Counted from the stretch's first letter, positions 9,684 to 19,331 are shown. The stretch: 64,000 nucleotides of DNA from Alistipes sp. (GCA_017531305.1 JAFXLG010000069.1:17933-81932), one strand, 5' to 3'. Numbers and translations: made by a program. Notes: generated by a model not told the origin, from the sequence alone.

Positions 9684-11240
9684 ATGTTTTCAATTACAGT
9701 AGTAATTATAACTGCCTTGTTGTCATTTTTGATTGGTGTAGGAGCGTATATTCTCTACGCAACTTATGTTACCAAGAATACAATAAAGAAGCAGTGCGCC
9801 GCAGCACTCAAAGAGGCTGAGGCAGAAGGAGAGATGATTAAGAAGGAGAAGATCCTTCAAGCCAAAGAGAAGTTCATTCAGCTCAAGAGCGAGCATGATC
9901 GATCAGTCAATAAGCGTAATCAGGAGATTGCGCAGATTGAGCAGCGCGCCAAGCATTTGGAGTCGAGCCTGCAGAATCAGCAGCGTGAGCTGGAGAATAA
10001 GATCAAGGAGAATGATCGTCAGAAGGCTCAGATGGATAGCCAGATGCAGAATCTCAATCAGAAAAAGGAGGAGCTTGCAGGTATCATCAAGGAGCAAAAT
10101 GTGCGTTTGGAGCAGATCTCTGGCATGAGTGCAGAGGATGCGAAGAATATCTTGATTGAGAATATGAAGGCTGAGGCTAAGGCTGAGGCAGATTCTTATA
10201 TCAACGAGACCATTGAGGAGGCTAAGCTCACCGCCACAAAAGAGGCAAAGCGCATCATCGTAAGCTCCATCCAGCGAGTGGCTACCGAGACCGCTATCGA
10301 GAATGCCGTTACGGTGTTTAACATCGACAGCGATGAGGTCAAGGGTCGTATCATTGGTCGTGAGGGTCGTAACATCCGCGCTTTGGAGGCTGCCACAGGT
10401 ATCGAGATTATCGTTGACGATACCCCTGAGGCTATTATCTTGAGTGGCTTTGATCCTGTTCGCCGCGAGATTGCACGCTTGGCGTTGCATCAGTTGGTGA
10501 CCGATGGTCGTATCCACCCAGCCCGCATCGAGGAGGTTGTGGCTAAGGTCAAGAAGCAGATTGAGGAGGAGATCGTGGAGGTAGGTAAGCGTACCGCCAT
10601 TGACTTGGGTATCCATGGTTTGCATCCTGAACTTATCCGTCTAATCGGTAAGATGAAGTATCGTTCGTCATACGGTCAGAACCTTTTGCAGCACGCTCGT
10701 GAGACCGCTAATTTGGCAGGTATCATGGCTGCAGAGTTGGGCTTGAATCCTAAGGCGGCACGCCGAGCAGGTCTGTTGCACGATATCGGTAAGGTGCCCG
10801 ATGATGAGCCAGAGTTGCCACACGCAATTATCGGTATGAAACTCGCCGAGAAGTGTAAGGAGAAGGCTGAGGTATGCAATGCCATCGGATCGCACCACGA
10901 TGAGGTGGAGATGACCTCGCTGATCGCTCCTATCATTCAGGTTTGTGACGCTATCTCTGGAGCTCGCCCTGGAGCACGCCGCGAGGTTGTAGAGTCATAT
11001 ATCAAGCGTCTGAAGGAGATGGAGGATATCGCCTTGTCGTACCCGGGTGTGGTTAAGACCTACGCTATTCAGGCTGGTCGCGAGTTGCGTGTTATCGTGG
11101 GTGCAGACAAGCTCTCGGATCAGGAGTCTGAGGCATTGTCACACGATATAGCTAAGAAGATTCAGGATGAGATGACTTATCCTGGTCAGGTGAAGATCAC
11201 CGTAATCCGTGAGACTCGCGCCGTAAGTTACGCGAAGTAG
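9684..11240 (+). CDS. rny: Ribonuclease Y
   Basis: N-terminal TM, coiled coil, KH ([12 protein letters not shown]), HD (LLHDIGK). Confidence 0.98.
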   Translation: MFSITVVIITALLSFLIGVGAYILYATYVTKNTIKKQCAAALKEAEAEGEMIKKEKILQAKEKFIQLKSEHDRSVNKRNQEIAQIEQRAKHLESSLQNQQRELENKIKENDRQKAQMDSQMQNLNQKKEELAGIIKEQNVRLEQISGMSAEDAKNILIENMKAEAKAEADSYINETIEEAKLTATKEAKRIIVSSIQRVATETAIENAVTVFNIDSDEVKGRIIGREGRNIRALEAATGIEIIVDDTPEAIILSGFDPVRREIARLALHQLVTDGRIHPARIEEVVAKVKKQIEEEIVEVGKRTAIDLGIHGLHPELIRLIGKMKYRSSYGQNLLQHARETANLAGIMAAELGLNPKAARRAGLLHDIGKVPDDEPELPHAIIGMKLAEKCKEKAEVCNAIGSHHDEVEMTSLIAPIIQVCDAISGARPGARREVVESYIKRLKEMEDIALSYPGVVKTYAIQAGRELRVIVGADKLSDQESEALSHDIAKKIQDEMTYPGQVKITVIRETRAVSYAK

Positions 11241-11269
11241 AATCTGAGAATTTAGATTTTTATATAAGT

Positions 11270-11305
11270 GAGCTATTCAAAAGTATTTGGGTAGCTCCTT
11301 TTTTT
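11270..11305 (+). terminator. Intrinsic terminator after rny
   Basis: GAGCTATTCAAA/TTTGGGTAGCTC stem plus T-tract. Confidence 0.8.
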
Positions 11306-11372
11306 GTTTATGTTCACGGATTTTTGTATATTTACGTGTGAAAATCAGCTAATTTAATACCTTATATATAAT

Positions 11373-12578
11373 ATGAAACAGTTTTTCTATCTTTTGAGCA
11401 TCGTGGCGAGTCTTGCCTTCTTCTCTGGCAATGCCGTTGCTCAGTCACAGAAGTATGAGGTGGGACCTCTGAAGGTCGAGAGTCGTAAGGCGTGGGAGAA
11501 GCAGCATCGCCCTGCGATCTATAATTTCTTCCTGACCGAGGTGTTTGGTCGTCAACCCCAAAAACAGCCCAAACCAACATACAAGACCATCGGTTACGAT
11601 GATAAGGCTCTGGGCGGTAAGGCAATCCGTAAGGAGGTGGCTATAAGTTTTGAGGGTATGGACGAGCCAATGCTGGTGTTGATGTATATCCCTCATAGCG
11701 CGAAGCCTGTGCCTGCGTTTGTCGGCATAAATTTCAAGGGTAATCATCAGACCACAACCGATCCTGCAATCACCATTTCGAAAAACGCCCCTAAGAAGAG
11801 CGAACTCGGCTCTGATCCAGAGCGTGGTGCAGCCATGTCGCGTTGGCCTATGGAGATGATTGTTGAGGCGGGGTATGCTGTGGTGACGGTGTATCGTGGC
11901 GATATAGATCCCGACTTTGATGATGGCTTCAAGAATGGCGTACACCAAATTTTTAACAGCCAGAATAAGCCTAAGGCAGATGAGTGGGGTACAATCTCGG
12001 CTTGGGCATGGGGCTTGAGCCGCGTGATGGATTATATCGAGAGCGACAAGCTCTTCGACAAGAAGCATGTGGCTGTGGTGGGTCACTCGCGCTTGGGTAA
12101 GACCGCATTGTGGGCGGCAGCTACCGATAAGCGTTTTGCAATGGCGATCTCGAATGATTCGGGGGAGGGCGGTGCAGCTCTCTCATCACGCCGACATGGT
12201 GAGTTGATACGCGACCTGAACAAGAACTTCCCACATTGGTTCTGCGACAACTACAACAAGTATAGCGACCGTGAGCAGGATCTCATGATCGATCATCATG
12301 GATTGGTGGCTCTCGTAGCTCCACGTCCCGTATATGTTGCCAGCGCGACATTGGACGATTGGGCAGATCCTGAGGGAGAGTTCCTTTCGGCTAAATATGC
12401 TTCTTCGGTGTGGGAGTTATATGGCAAAAAGGGCTTAAAGTCGGAGTCTCAGCCAAAGCCCGAGCAGCCCGATAATGATGGCTGGGTAGGTTATCACTTG
12501 CGTACGGGTAAGCACGATATTACGGCGTATGATTGGGCGCAGTATATTAAGTTTGCCAATCAGCACTTCGGAAAGTAG
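11373..12578 (+). CDS. CE15 family glucuronoyl esterase-like carbohydrate esterase, secreted
   Basis: Signal peptide; WGTISAWAWGLSR, GHSRLGK nucleophile motif, SGEGG, APRP, WADPEGE, GKHD. Confidence 0.85.
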   Translation: MKQFFYLLSIVASLAFFSGNAVAQSQKYEVGPLKVESRKAWEKQHRPAIYNFFLTEVFGRQPQKQPKPTYKTIGYDDKALGGKAIRKEVAISFEGMDEPMLVLMYIPHSAKPVPAFVGINFKGNHQTTTDPAITISKNAPKKSELGSDPERGAAMSRWPMEMIVEAGYAVVTVYRGDIDPDFDDGFKNGVHQIFNSQNKPKADEWGTISAWAWGLSRVMDYIESDKLFDKKHVAVVGHSRLGKTALWAAATDKRFAMAISNDSGEGGAALSSRRHGELIRDLNKNFPHWFCDNYNKYSDREQDLMIDHHGLVALVAPRPVYVASATLDDWADPEGEFLSAKYASSVWELYGKKGLKSESQPKPEQPDNDGWVGYHLRTGKHDITAYDWAQYIKFANQHFGK

Positions 12579-12669
12579 CAGCCATGCAGAGAAGACGTTG
12601 TCTGACTAGGTGATTTTTGGCGTCACGCTCGCCATTAGTCTCTGCCCCCCCCTCATTTACGATATGTAA

Positions 12670-12790
12670 CGCTTTGTGTAAAGTTTGTGCTACACGGTAA
12701 AATCCGATAGGATTGTGCGCATAGATTGCGACACCCTCTTCACTGACCTTGATCTTGAGTATAAAGTAGGTATATTCTTTGTTGAAAGAT
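12670..12790 (-). pseudogene. Possible remnant of a GH20/hexosaminidase domain-2-like gene
   Basis: YFILKIKVSEEGVAIYAHNPIGFYRVAQTLHK resembles the Y-x-L-x-I...I-x-A...G-x-x-x-x-x-QTL motif; no good start and no catalytic domain. Confidence 0.35.
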
Positions 12791-12841
12791 TGGCGCAGTT
12801 TCAAAATTTAATTTTTGAAGAATTCCTAAGTGATAAAACAC

Positions 12842-12867
12842 AAAAGGCGTCCATCGGGACGCCTTTT
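12842..12867. terminator. Bidirectional intrinsic terminator after the rpmB operon
   Basis: AAAAGGCGTCC-ATCG-GGACGCCTTTT perfect inverted repeat. Confidence 0.88.
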
Positions 12868-12896
12868 GTATTAAACCTTGCGGCTTAATGCAATGA

Positions 12897-13055
12897 TTAT
12901 TTCTCAGCGAAGTATGCCTTGATCTCATCCTCCTCGAGAATGTTCTGTGTCTTGAACACATAAGCACCTGTCTTCTCTGACTTAACCATCTTGATGCACT
13001 TAGTGTACTTCTTAGCAGTACCAGTCTTAAGTGTTGCAACTACTTTCTTTGCCAT
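12897..13055 (-). CDS. DUF4295 protein = Bacteroidota ribosomal protein bL38 (52 aa)
   Basis: Below the ORF-track cutoff; hand translation MAKKVVATLKTGTAKKYTKCIKMVKSEKTGAYVFKTQNILEEDEIKAYFAEK; immediately downstream of rpmG. Confidence 0.92.
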   Translation of the reverse strand: MAKKVVATLKTGTAKKYTKCIKMVKSEKTGAYVFKTQNILEEDEIKAYFAEK

Positions 13056-13068
13056 AACTTACCTACGA

Positions 13069-13251
13069 TTACTTAATTTCACGGTGTACTGTTACCTTCT
13101 TCAAGTATGGATTGTACTTCTTACGCTCCAAACGATCCGGTGTGTTCTTCTTGTTCTTAGTGGTGATGTAACGTGACATTCCTGGAACGCCGCTCTCCTT
13201 CTGCTCAGTGCACTCAAGGATCACCTGAACTCTGTTACCTTTCTTTGCCAT
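13069..13251 (-). CDS. rpmG: 50S ribosomal protein L33
   Basis: [16 protein letters not shown]...[23 protein letters not shown]. Confidence 0.98.
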   Translation of the reverse strand: MAKKGNRVQVILECTEQKESGVPGMSRYITTKNKKNTPDRLERKKYNPYLKKVTVHREIK

Positions 13252-13267
13252 CTCTGCTTAATAAATT

Positions 13268-13501
13268 TTAGTAAACCTTCTTAGGTGCAGCAGCCTCCTT
13301 CAAAGCGGCAGCTAAGCCCTTCTTGTTAATTGTTTTCATACCGGCAGCTGTTACCTTCAAAGTAAACCAGCGACCCTCCTCCTCAGACCAAAAACGCTTA
13401 GTTCTCAAGTTTGGATTGAACTTGCGCTTAGTCTTACGGTTTGAGTGAGAGACATTGTTGCCAATCACTGCGCTTTTACCTGTAATCTCGCAAACTTTCA
13501 T
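13268..13501 (-). CDS. rpmB: 50S ribosomal protein L28
   Basis: MKVCEITGK...[19 protein letters not shown]; ATG at 13501. Confidence 0.97.
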   Translation of the reverse strand: MKVCEITGKSAVIGNNVSHSNRKTKRKFNPNLRTKRFWSEEEGRWFTLKVTAAGMKTINKKGLAAALKEAAAPKKVY

Positions 13502-13543
13502 TTTTCTATTAAGTTTAATTGTTACCCTCACATTAAGGGTGCG

Positions 13544-13551
13544 CAAAGATA
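13544..13551 (-). promoter_or_regulatory. -7 element (TATCTTTG) for rpmB operon
   Basis: TAnnTTTG consensus upstream of rpmB. Confidence 0.65.
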
Positions 13552-13671
13552 AGCAAATAAATTCAAAATAGAACGATTCTCAATCAAAAAAGTTACTTAA
13601 ATCTGAATTTTTCCTCTCTGCGCTCTGCTTCGAAGAGTAAAAGCCTGCAAATTACCTCGGTTTATGAAGGT

Positions 13672-14829
13672 TTACTCAAGCAATCGTCTGTAAAGCTCTA
13701 CCTCGCGCTCATCGCCGATAGCCTTACCTGCGACATCCGAAAGTTTGACGCATTTACGCAGTGTCTGCTTCTCGTTCATGCGGCACGTAGAGAGCTTCAT
13801 TACTATATTGCTTGGATTGTGTCCTGTGTCGTTTGTGATGTTGGTGCCGATACCGAATGAGCAACGTATCCTGCCCTCGCACGCCTGTTTAAGCTTGGCA
13901 GCCTTCTCAAAGTCGAGCGCATCGCTGAAGATGATAGTCTTGGTCATAGGGTCGATACCCAACTCTTTGTAGCGAGCGACAGCCATCTCTATGAAGCGTA
14001 ATGGATCGCCCGAATCCTGACGTACACCATCGAAGAGTGAGGCGTGTTTCTTGGAGAAGTTCTTGAAGAATACATCCGAGCCGAAACTATCGGTCAAGGC
14101 GATACCCAGATAACCGTCATAGATCTTCACCCACTCCTCCATGGCGATGTAGTTGGCTTGGCGTGGTCCTCCATTTACGGCAGCGATGAACATAGGCAAC
14201 TCGTGTGGGTATGTTCCGATCATCTTCATACCCATCTTCATGGCAAGATAGCAGTTCGATGTACCCATGCAATACTTAGCATTCTGTTTGATATACTCCA
14301 AAACGGCTTGGTGTACTTCAAACGAGAAGCGGCGGCGTGTGCCGAAATCCGAGAATGGAATTTGCTGGGCGTTGGAAAGAGCGATTTTAGGCTCCAGACG
14401 GTGTATAACCTCCTTCATATCAATCACCTTACCCTCGTTGCACAGTGCAGAAACGGTAGAGAGTACCGCAATCTCGTAGAGCGTAACTTTGTAGAGGTGG
14501 TCTGAAGCCTCGATATGCAGATGGCTCTCCTCATCGAGCCATATCTTCATGCGTGAAGGGTCAAAACGGAATCCCTTGAGCCACTCAAAATAGTTCTGGG
14601 GGATAAATTTACAATTCTTGACCATATACTTAAACTCCTCATCGCTGAGCGATAGTTGGCTTAACTCTTCGAAGGCCTCGTGTAGTCGCTCAACAAATGC
14701 TTCATCATAGATGGTGGCGTTGCGATCGTGGAAGATGAATGTACCTTCTGCCTGAGGGAAGGACTTGAAATATCCGTATGAAGTGGTGAACTTATACAGA
14801 TCGGTATCCAGAATTGATTGAATTATCAT
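13672..14829 (-). CDS. pncB: Nicotinate phosphoribosyltransferase
   Basis: SILDTDLYK, DFGTRRRFS, GTSN, GVRQDSGDP, FSDALD, FGIGTN. Confidence 0.96.
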   Translation of the reverse strand: MIIQSILDTDLYKFTTSYGYFKSFPQAEGTFIFHDRNATIYDEAFVERLHEAFEELSQLSLSDEEFKYMVKNCKFIPQNYFEWLKGFRFDPSRMKIWLDEESHLHIEASDHLYKVTLYEIAVLSTVSALCNEGKVIDMKEVIHRLEPKIALSNAQQIPFSDFGTRRRFSFEVHQAVLEYIKQNAKYCMGTSNCYLAMKMGMKMIGTYPHELPMFIAAVNGGPRQANYIAMEEWVKIYDGYLGIALTDSFGSDVFFKNFSKKHASLFDGVRQDSGDPLRFIEMAVARYKELGIDPMTKTIIFSDALDFEKAAKLKQACEGRIRCSFGIGTNITNDTGHNPSNIVMKLSTCRMNEKQTLRKCVKLSDVAGKAIGDEREVELYRRLLE

Positions 14830-14896
14830 GGTTAGTAAATTTTTGGTTTCTTTTTGGTGTAAGTAGTCTAATGGTTTGATTCAGTGGGTGTGGTTA

Positions 14897-14951
14897 TTCT
14901 TTCTCTTTATATCTCTTCTCTCTTTTTCCTCTCTCTTCTCTTTTTTCTCTC
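14897..14951 (-). repeat. Polypurine (AG-rich, ~7-nt period) tract between cinA and pncB
   Basis: Sense strand GAGAGAAAAAAGAGAAGAGAGAGGAAAAAGAGAGAAGAGATATAAAGAGAAAGAA. Confidence 0.7.
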
Positions 14952-14970
14952 ATTCGCCCCTCCCCGAATT

Positions 14971-16227
14971 TTATTTCAAATCCTTTTGAAGTTCTTTGTA
15001 GAGCATCTCTATGGCGTATGCTGAGGCGCGGTTGATCACTTGTGAACGGTCAGTTCCTGAGTTGCGCATCATGCTGATGGTACGAGTGGGAGTTGCCACC
15101 GCCATCCATACCGTACCCACAGGTTTCTCTTTGCTACCACCCGTAGGTCCTGCAATGCCACTTGTCGAGATGGCGTAATCGGCTCCCGAAATGCGCCTTG
15201 CGCCCTCTGCCATTTGGCGTACAACGGTTTCGCTGACTGCTCCGTAGCGCATAATGTCGTCATAATTTACGCCCAGCACATCTCGCTTCGCCTCGTTAGA
15301 ATATGATACCACACCACAAAGGAAGTATTGCGAGGAGCCACTCATGGCGGTAAAGCGCGAAGCGATTGTTCCTCCCGTGCAACTCTCGGCTGTGGCGAGG
15401 GTGAGGTGGTGCTGGCTTAGCAGATCGTGTACCAAAGCCTGAACCGATGCGTCCTCAAATCCTACTATATGTTCTGGAATGATGCGGTATAGTTTATCGA
15501 ACTCAGCGTTAATCTCTTGGCAAGTAACCTCGGCGTCATCTCTGTCGTATGCCGAAAGTCTCAGGCGAACGATGTTGGGGGAGGGCAGATATGCCAACTT
15601 CAACCCTTCGGGCAGAGCATCTTCCCACTCTGCAATTCGCTCGGCAAGCATTGATTCGGGGAGTCCCGATGTTATCATGGTGCGATGTACGTTGGCGTGG
15701 AGCGAAAAGCGAGCCTTCAGGCGAGGCATCACCTCATCCTCCATTAGATGTTCCATCTCAAAGGGTACACCCGGTAGCGAGATTGCTACATGTCCCTGCT
15801 CATCTTCGAACCACATTCCAGGTGCAGTGCCGTGATAGTTGAAAAGCACCTGACACTTTTCGGGAACCATAGCCTGAGAGTGGTTAAGCTCGTTAAATGT
15901 TATTCCTCTCGCCTCAAGCATGGTCTTGACGTGGAGGGCAACCTGCTCATCTTCACGCATATCCGAGCAGAAGAACTTAGCGAGCGTATGTTTGGTGATA
16001 TCATCCTTCGTAGGACCCAGACCGCCTGTAATGATCACTATCTTAGTGCGATTGAGTGCTTCGGTGAGAGCGCGGGTTATCTGCTCGGCGTTGTCGCCTA
16101 TGGAGAGTCGCTCCGAGACGGTAATTCCTGCCTTGTTCAGGTGGCGGGAGATACTTACAGAATTGGTATCCACGATCTGACCGATGAGAATCTCATCGCC
16201 TATGGTAATTATAGTAGCATTAATCAT
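14971..16227 (-). CDS. cinA: CinA family protein (MocF-like pyrophosphatase + PncC NMN deamidase)
   Basis: TIGDEILIGQIVDTN, GGLGPTKDD, AESCTGG, YSN, SGIAGPTGG, KPVGTV. Confidence 0.95.
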   Translation of the reverse strand: MINATIITIGDEILIGQIVDTNSVSISRHLNKAGITVSERLSIGDNAEQITRALTEALNRTKIVIITGGLGPTKDDITKHTLAKFFCSDMREDEQVALHVKTMLEARGITFNELNHSQAMVPEKCQVLFNYHGTAPGMWFEDEQGHVAISLPGVPFEMEHLMEDEVMPRLKARFSLHANVHRTMITSGLPESMLAERIAEWEDALPEGLKLAYLPSPNIVRLRLSAYDRDDAEVTCQEINAEFDKLYRIIPEHIVGFEDASVQALVHDLLSQHHLTLATAESCTGGTIASRFTAMSGSSQYFLCGVVSYSNEAKRDVLGVNYDDIMRYGAVSETVVRQMAEGARRISGADYAISTSGIAGPTGGSKEKPVGTVWMAVATPTRTISMMRNSGTDRSQVINRASAYAIEMLYKELQKDLK

Positions 16228-17335
16228 ACTCTTGAGTTGTATTTGTCGGGCTTGTTACTTGTGTCGAAGCCGAGTTTTGTTCATATTTGCGGAGTCGCTC
16301 GTTTAGTCCCGTACGCATATTGCGCAGAGTCTCACCTCCACCGTAGAAGAACGAAGAGTATAACTCCACCAAAGTAGCACCCGCCTTGAGCATCTCGAAT
16401 GCGTCATCGGCGGTGCTTATGCCACCGCAACCAATGATAGGATAGGTCCCTTTTGAGCGTTCATATATGCGGCGGACGATATCGAGTGAGCGTTGCTTAA
16501 GCGGCGTGCCACACAATGCTCCAGGGATGCGCCCCAAGGCGTGTATGGTCTGCGTGGAGTTCTCCAAGCCGTAGCGACCCGTAGTTCCGCCCGTAGCAAC
16601 AATACCATCCAGCGGAGTGTCGAGCATGATGTCGGTCATGGCATCAATCTGCTCATCAGTCAAGTCGGGAGAGATCTTGATCAATATTGGGCGATATTGG
16701 TTTTGCCCTCGTCTGAACTCAAAAAGTGGAGTTAGAATTGCCATCACCTCATCTTTGTCTGTGGGGACATATGTCACATCCGAAGAGTTGTCGCAGAGGT
16801 TTACCGTGAAGAAATCGACATATTGATAGAGTGGGCGAAAGAGCCTTAGATAATCTATCGGAGCATTTTCGCGTGCCGTACTGTTGTTTTTTACTATGTT
16901 GCAGCCGATGATGATGCGGCTTGAGCGTTTTTTGATGTTTTCGATAACCTTCTCCACACCTTCGCTCTCGATCTGCGAGTAGTTGAGCAGGGCATTATCC
17001 CCCTCCAAGCGATAGATGGCATACTCTTTCGACTCCTTGCCTGATTGAGGTTTGGGAGTTACAGCTCCTATCTCCATAAATCCGAATCCCATGGCGTCCA
17101 TGCTGTCGATGAGAGTGCCGTTGTGGTCGTATCCCGCAGCCAAACCTATGGGCGAAGAGAAGCGCATGCCAAACACCTCTCGTTCAAGATGATTGGCAGG
17201 TGGCGCATAGTGTTTGTGCATGAAGTATTTGCCAAAAGGGATCTTGGCTGCCAGAAACTGACACCACTTATGAAATTGCAAAATAAAATTACCCTTTGCA
17301 ATTCGTTTTATTGGTTTTAATAGCGTTTTAGCCAT
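16220..17335 (-). CDS. Divergent class-2 dihydroorotate dehydrogenase-like flavoprotein
   Basis: PIGLAAGYD, GFGFMEIG, KISPD, IIGCGGI, GATLV preserve the FMN barrel; several orotate-binding motifs are altered (see findings). Confidence 0.75.
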   Translation of the reverse strand: MAKTLLKPIKRIAKGNFILQFHKWCQFLAAKIPFGKYFMHKHYAPPANHLEREVFGMRFSSPIGLAAGYDHNGTLIDSMDAMGFGFMEIGAVTPKPQSGKESKEYAIYRLEGDNALLNYSQIESEGVEKVIENIKKRSSRIIIGCNIVKNNSTARENAPIDYLRLFRPLYQYVDFFTVNLCDNSSDVTYVPTDKDEVMAILTPLFEFRRGQNQYRPILIKISPDLTDEQIDAMTDIMLDTPLDGIVATGGTTGRYGLENSTQTIHALGRIPGALCGTPLKQRSLDIVRRIYERSKGTYPIIGCGGISTADDAFEMLKAGATLVELYSSFFYGGGETLRNMRTGLNERLRKYEQNSASTQVTSPTNTTQEYD

Positions 17336-17401
17336 ATCTTATGACGCTTTAAAATTCTGCCGCAAGACTCATCATCCCGATTTAGGCACGCAGATATAAT
17401 G

Positions 17402-17409
17402 CAAAGATA
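17402..17409 (-). promoter_or_regulatory. -7 element (TATCTTTG) for the pyrD-like/cinA/pncB operon
   Basis: TAnnTTTG consensus. Confidence 0.6.
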
Positions 17410-17488
17410 AGAAAAATATTCTCTCGTTATTCCACTTTGCCTCATTTTAGTTGGGTGCTACACTCTCTTCAAGGTGTTGTGTTGATGC

Positions 17489-18484
17489 CTAAAAATACTC
17501 TTTGCGATAGTTGTAATTGTTGCGCATCGACTCAAAATCGCTTGCCGAGAGTTTTAGGCTTTCGCTTTGGCTCTGAATGTCACAATAGGAGTCTATCGTA
17601 CGGCACAACTCCTCCCAAGTAATATCCTTGCGCTCAACGCTTTGGACTTGCGGTGGATACCAATTCTCGATGGGTAGCGAGAAGTGGCGAGCTATAGCTT
17701 CGACAACCGCTTTGGTGGCATTTGCCTTGCCTTGAGCCGAGTAGCCTGCTATGTGAGGAGTTGCCAAAAACGCTTTGCGGAGCAGTTGGGTGTTAATCTC
17801 GGGCTCTCTCTCCCAAACATCCAAAATCAACTCCTGACGGGCGGCGAGCAGAGCCTCGGTCGATGCAACCTCTCCGCGCGAGGCGTTTATAAGCGTGGCT
17901 TGTGGCTTCAGGAGCGAGATCTGCTTGTGGTCGATCATGTGAAAAGTCGTAGAGTCCAAAGGGGTATGCAATGTGACAATGTCGGATTGACTCAAAACCT
18001 CCTCTAATGTTACATAATCACCTCCCTCAAGCTGTTTTCGTGGCGGATCGCAACGTAAAACATGAAATCCCCATGCTCGCGCATATTGCTCAACGAGTGA
18101 TCCTACATGACCTACCCCGACAATGCCGAGAGTCTTCTCTTGTGGCTTCCAATCCTGCTTGCGGCTGAGGGCGACAAGTGCTGCCGCAACCCATTGCAAT
18201 ACGCCTGCGGCGTTACAACCCTGAGCTGTGGTGACCTCAATGCCGCGCTTGGCGCAAAAATCCAGATCTATATGGTCGAAGCCGATGGTGGCAGTAGAAA
18301 TTATCTTAACCTGCGAGTTCCCTATCAGATCTTCATTGCAACGAGTGCGTGTGCGGATAATCAGCGCATCGGCAGTGGCAACATCCTGTGGCTTAAATGC
18401 TTTGCCATCGAGATATGTCACTTCGGCATAAGGCTCAAACACCCCCTTTATGTAGGGAATGGCGTTGTCGATAAGGATTTTCAT
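17489..18484 (-). CDS. pdxB: Erythronate-4-phosphate dehydrogenase
   Basis: MKILID..IPY, IRTRT, TATIGFDHID, GIVGVGHVG, NASRG, DVWE, TPHIAGYS; ATG at 18484. Confidence 0.92.
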   Translation of the reverse strand: MKILIDNAIPYIKGVFEPYAEVTYLDGKAFKPQDVATADALIIRTRTRCNEDLIGNSQVKIISTATIGFDHIDLDFCAKRGIEVTTAQGCNAAGVLQWVAAALVALSRKQDWKPQEKTLGIVGVGHVGSLVEQYARAWGFHVLRCDPPRKQLEGGDYVTLEEVLSQSDIVTLHTPLDSTTFHMIDHKQISLLKPQATLINASRGEVASTEALLAARQELILDVWEREPEINTQLLRKAFLATPHIAGYSAQGKANATKAVVEAIARHFSLPIENWYPPQVQSVERKDITWEELCRTIDSYCDIQSQSESLKLSASDFESMRNNYNYRKEYF

Positions 18485-18509
18485 CTGAGAAATTATTGTT
18501 TTTCCATTA

Positions 18510-18545
18510 CAAATATATGTAAAAATTGAAAAATTAGTATCTTTG
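18510..18545. promoter_or_regulatory. Back-to-back -7 elements for pdxB (TATATTTG, minus, 18510-18517) and the FKBP pair (TATCTTTG, plus, 18538-18545)
   Basis: Two TAnnTTTG boxes in the divergent spacer. Confidence 0.6.
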
Positions 18546-18635
18546 CCAAATAATTTCGGCACAATAATATCCTGCATGGAGGTGAATTGCATGGTTTTGC
18601 ACCCTTTTTGTCGGAGTTTTGGCAAGATAAACAAG

Positions 18636-19331
18636 ATGATGAGACATAGAATTATTACGTTTTTGGTGTGCGCTTTTTTGGCGGCTTTGACCTTTGCTTG
18701 CAGCTCAGGTTCTAAGTCGGTGAAGGCTCTTGCGGACAGCCGAGATTCTATCTCTTATGTGATAGGTATGAATCTGGCATATAATATCATGGAGATGGAT
18801 TCTACCATCAATCCCGATATGGTCGTGGCTGGAGTAAATGATATGCTCAAGGGTATGCCGAAGATGACATTCGAGGATGCCAAGTTCTACTTTTTGGCGT
18901 ACCACAATTACGATGTCTATGAGCGAGTGCGCAAATATGAGGAGCAGTTCCTTGAGGATCTGGCTGCTTCGGATAACAAGGTTGAGCGTACACGTAGCGG
19001 TTTGACATATAAGGTCGAGGCGTTGGGCGATATGAATAAGATGGCGAGCGGTTATAGAGATACCGTGGCGTTGACCTATCGTGTGACCAACATGGCGGGC
19101 GAAGAGGTTGATCCTGCTTCGGAGCGTGCCGACACATTGCGCAATGCGGTGGATAGATTGCTCCCTGGTTTGTCCGAAGGTGCCAAACTTATTGGCGAGG
19201 GGGGTAAGATCTCGTTGTGGTTACCATCTTCGATGGCGTATGGCTCGGCGGGTGATAGCGAGAAGGGCATCAAGCCTAATGAGATGTTGCGTTACGATAT
19301 ACAGATCGTAGAGGTCAAGAAGCGCAGATAG
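18636..19331 (+). CDS. FKBP-type peptidyl-prolyl isomerase lipoprotein (partly degenerate active site)
   Basis: Lipobox LTFAC; DSISYVIG N-domain, RSGLTYKV, LWLPSSMAYG, IKPNEML. Confidence 0.85.
   Translation: MMRHRIITFLVCAFLAALTFACSSGSKSVKALADSRDSISYVIGMNLAYNIMEMDSTINPDMVVAGVNDMLKGMPKMTFEDAKFYFLAYHNYDVYERVRKYEEQFLEDLAASDNKVERTRSGLTYKVEALGDMNKMASGYRDTVALTYRVTNMAGEEVDPASERADTLRNAVDRLLPGLSEGAKLIGEGGKISLWLPSSMAYGSAGDSEKGIKPNEMLRYDIQIVEVKKRR

Noticed and set aside
14853-14873. Possible NrtR operator upstream of pncB (TTGGTGTAAGTAGTCTAAT)
   Set aside because: Only a partial match to GT-N7-AC symmetry and no nrtR in the window.
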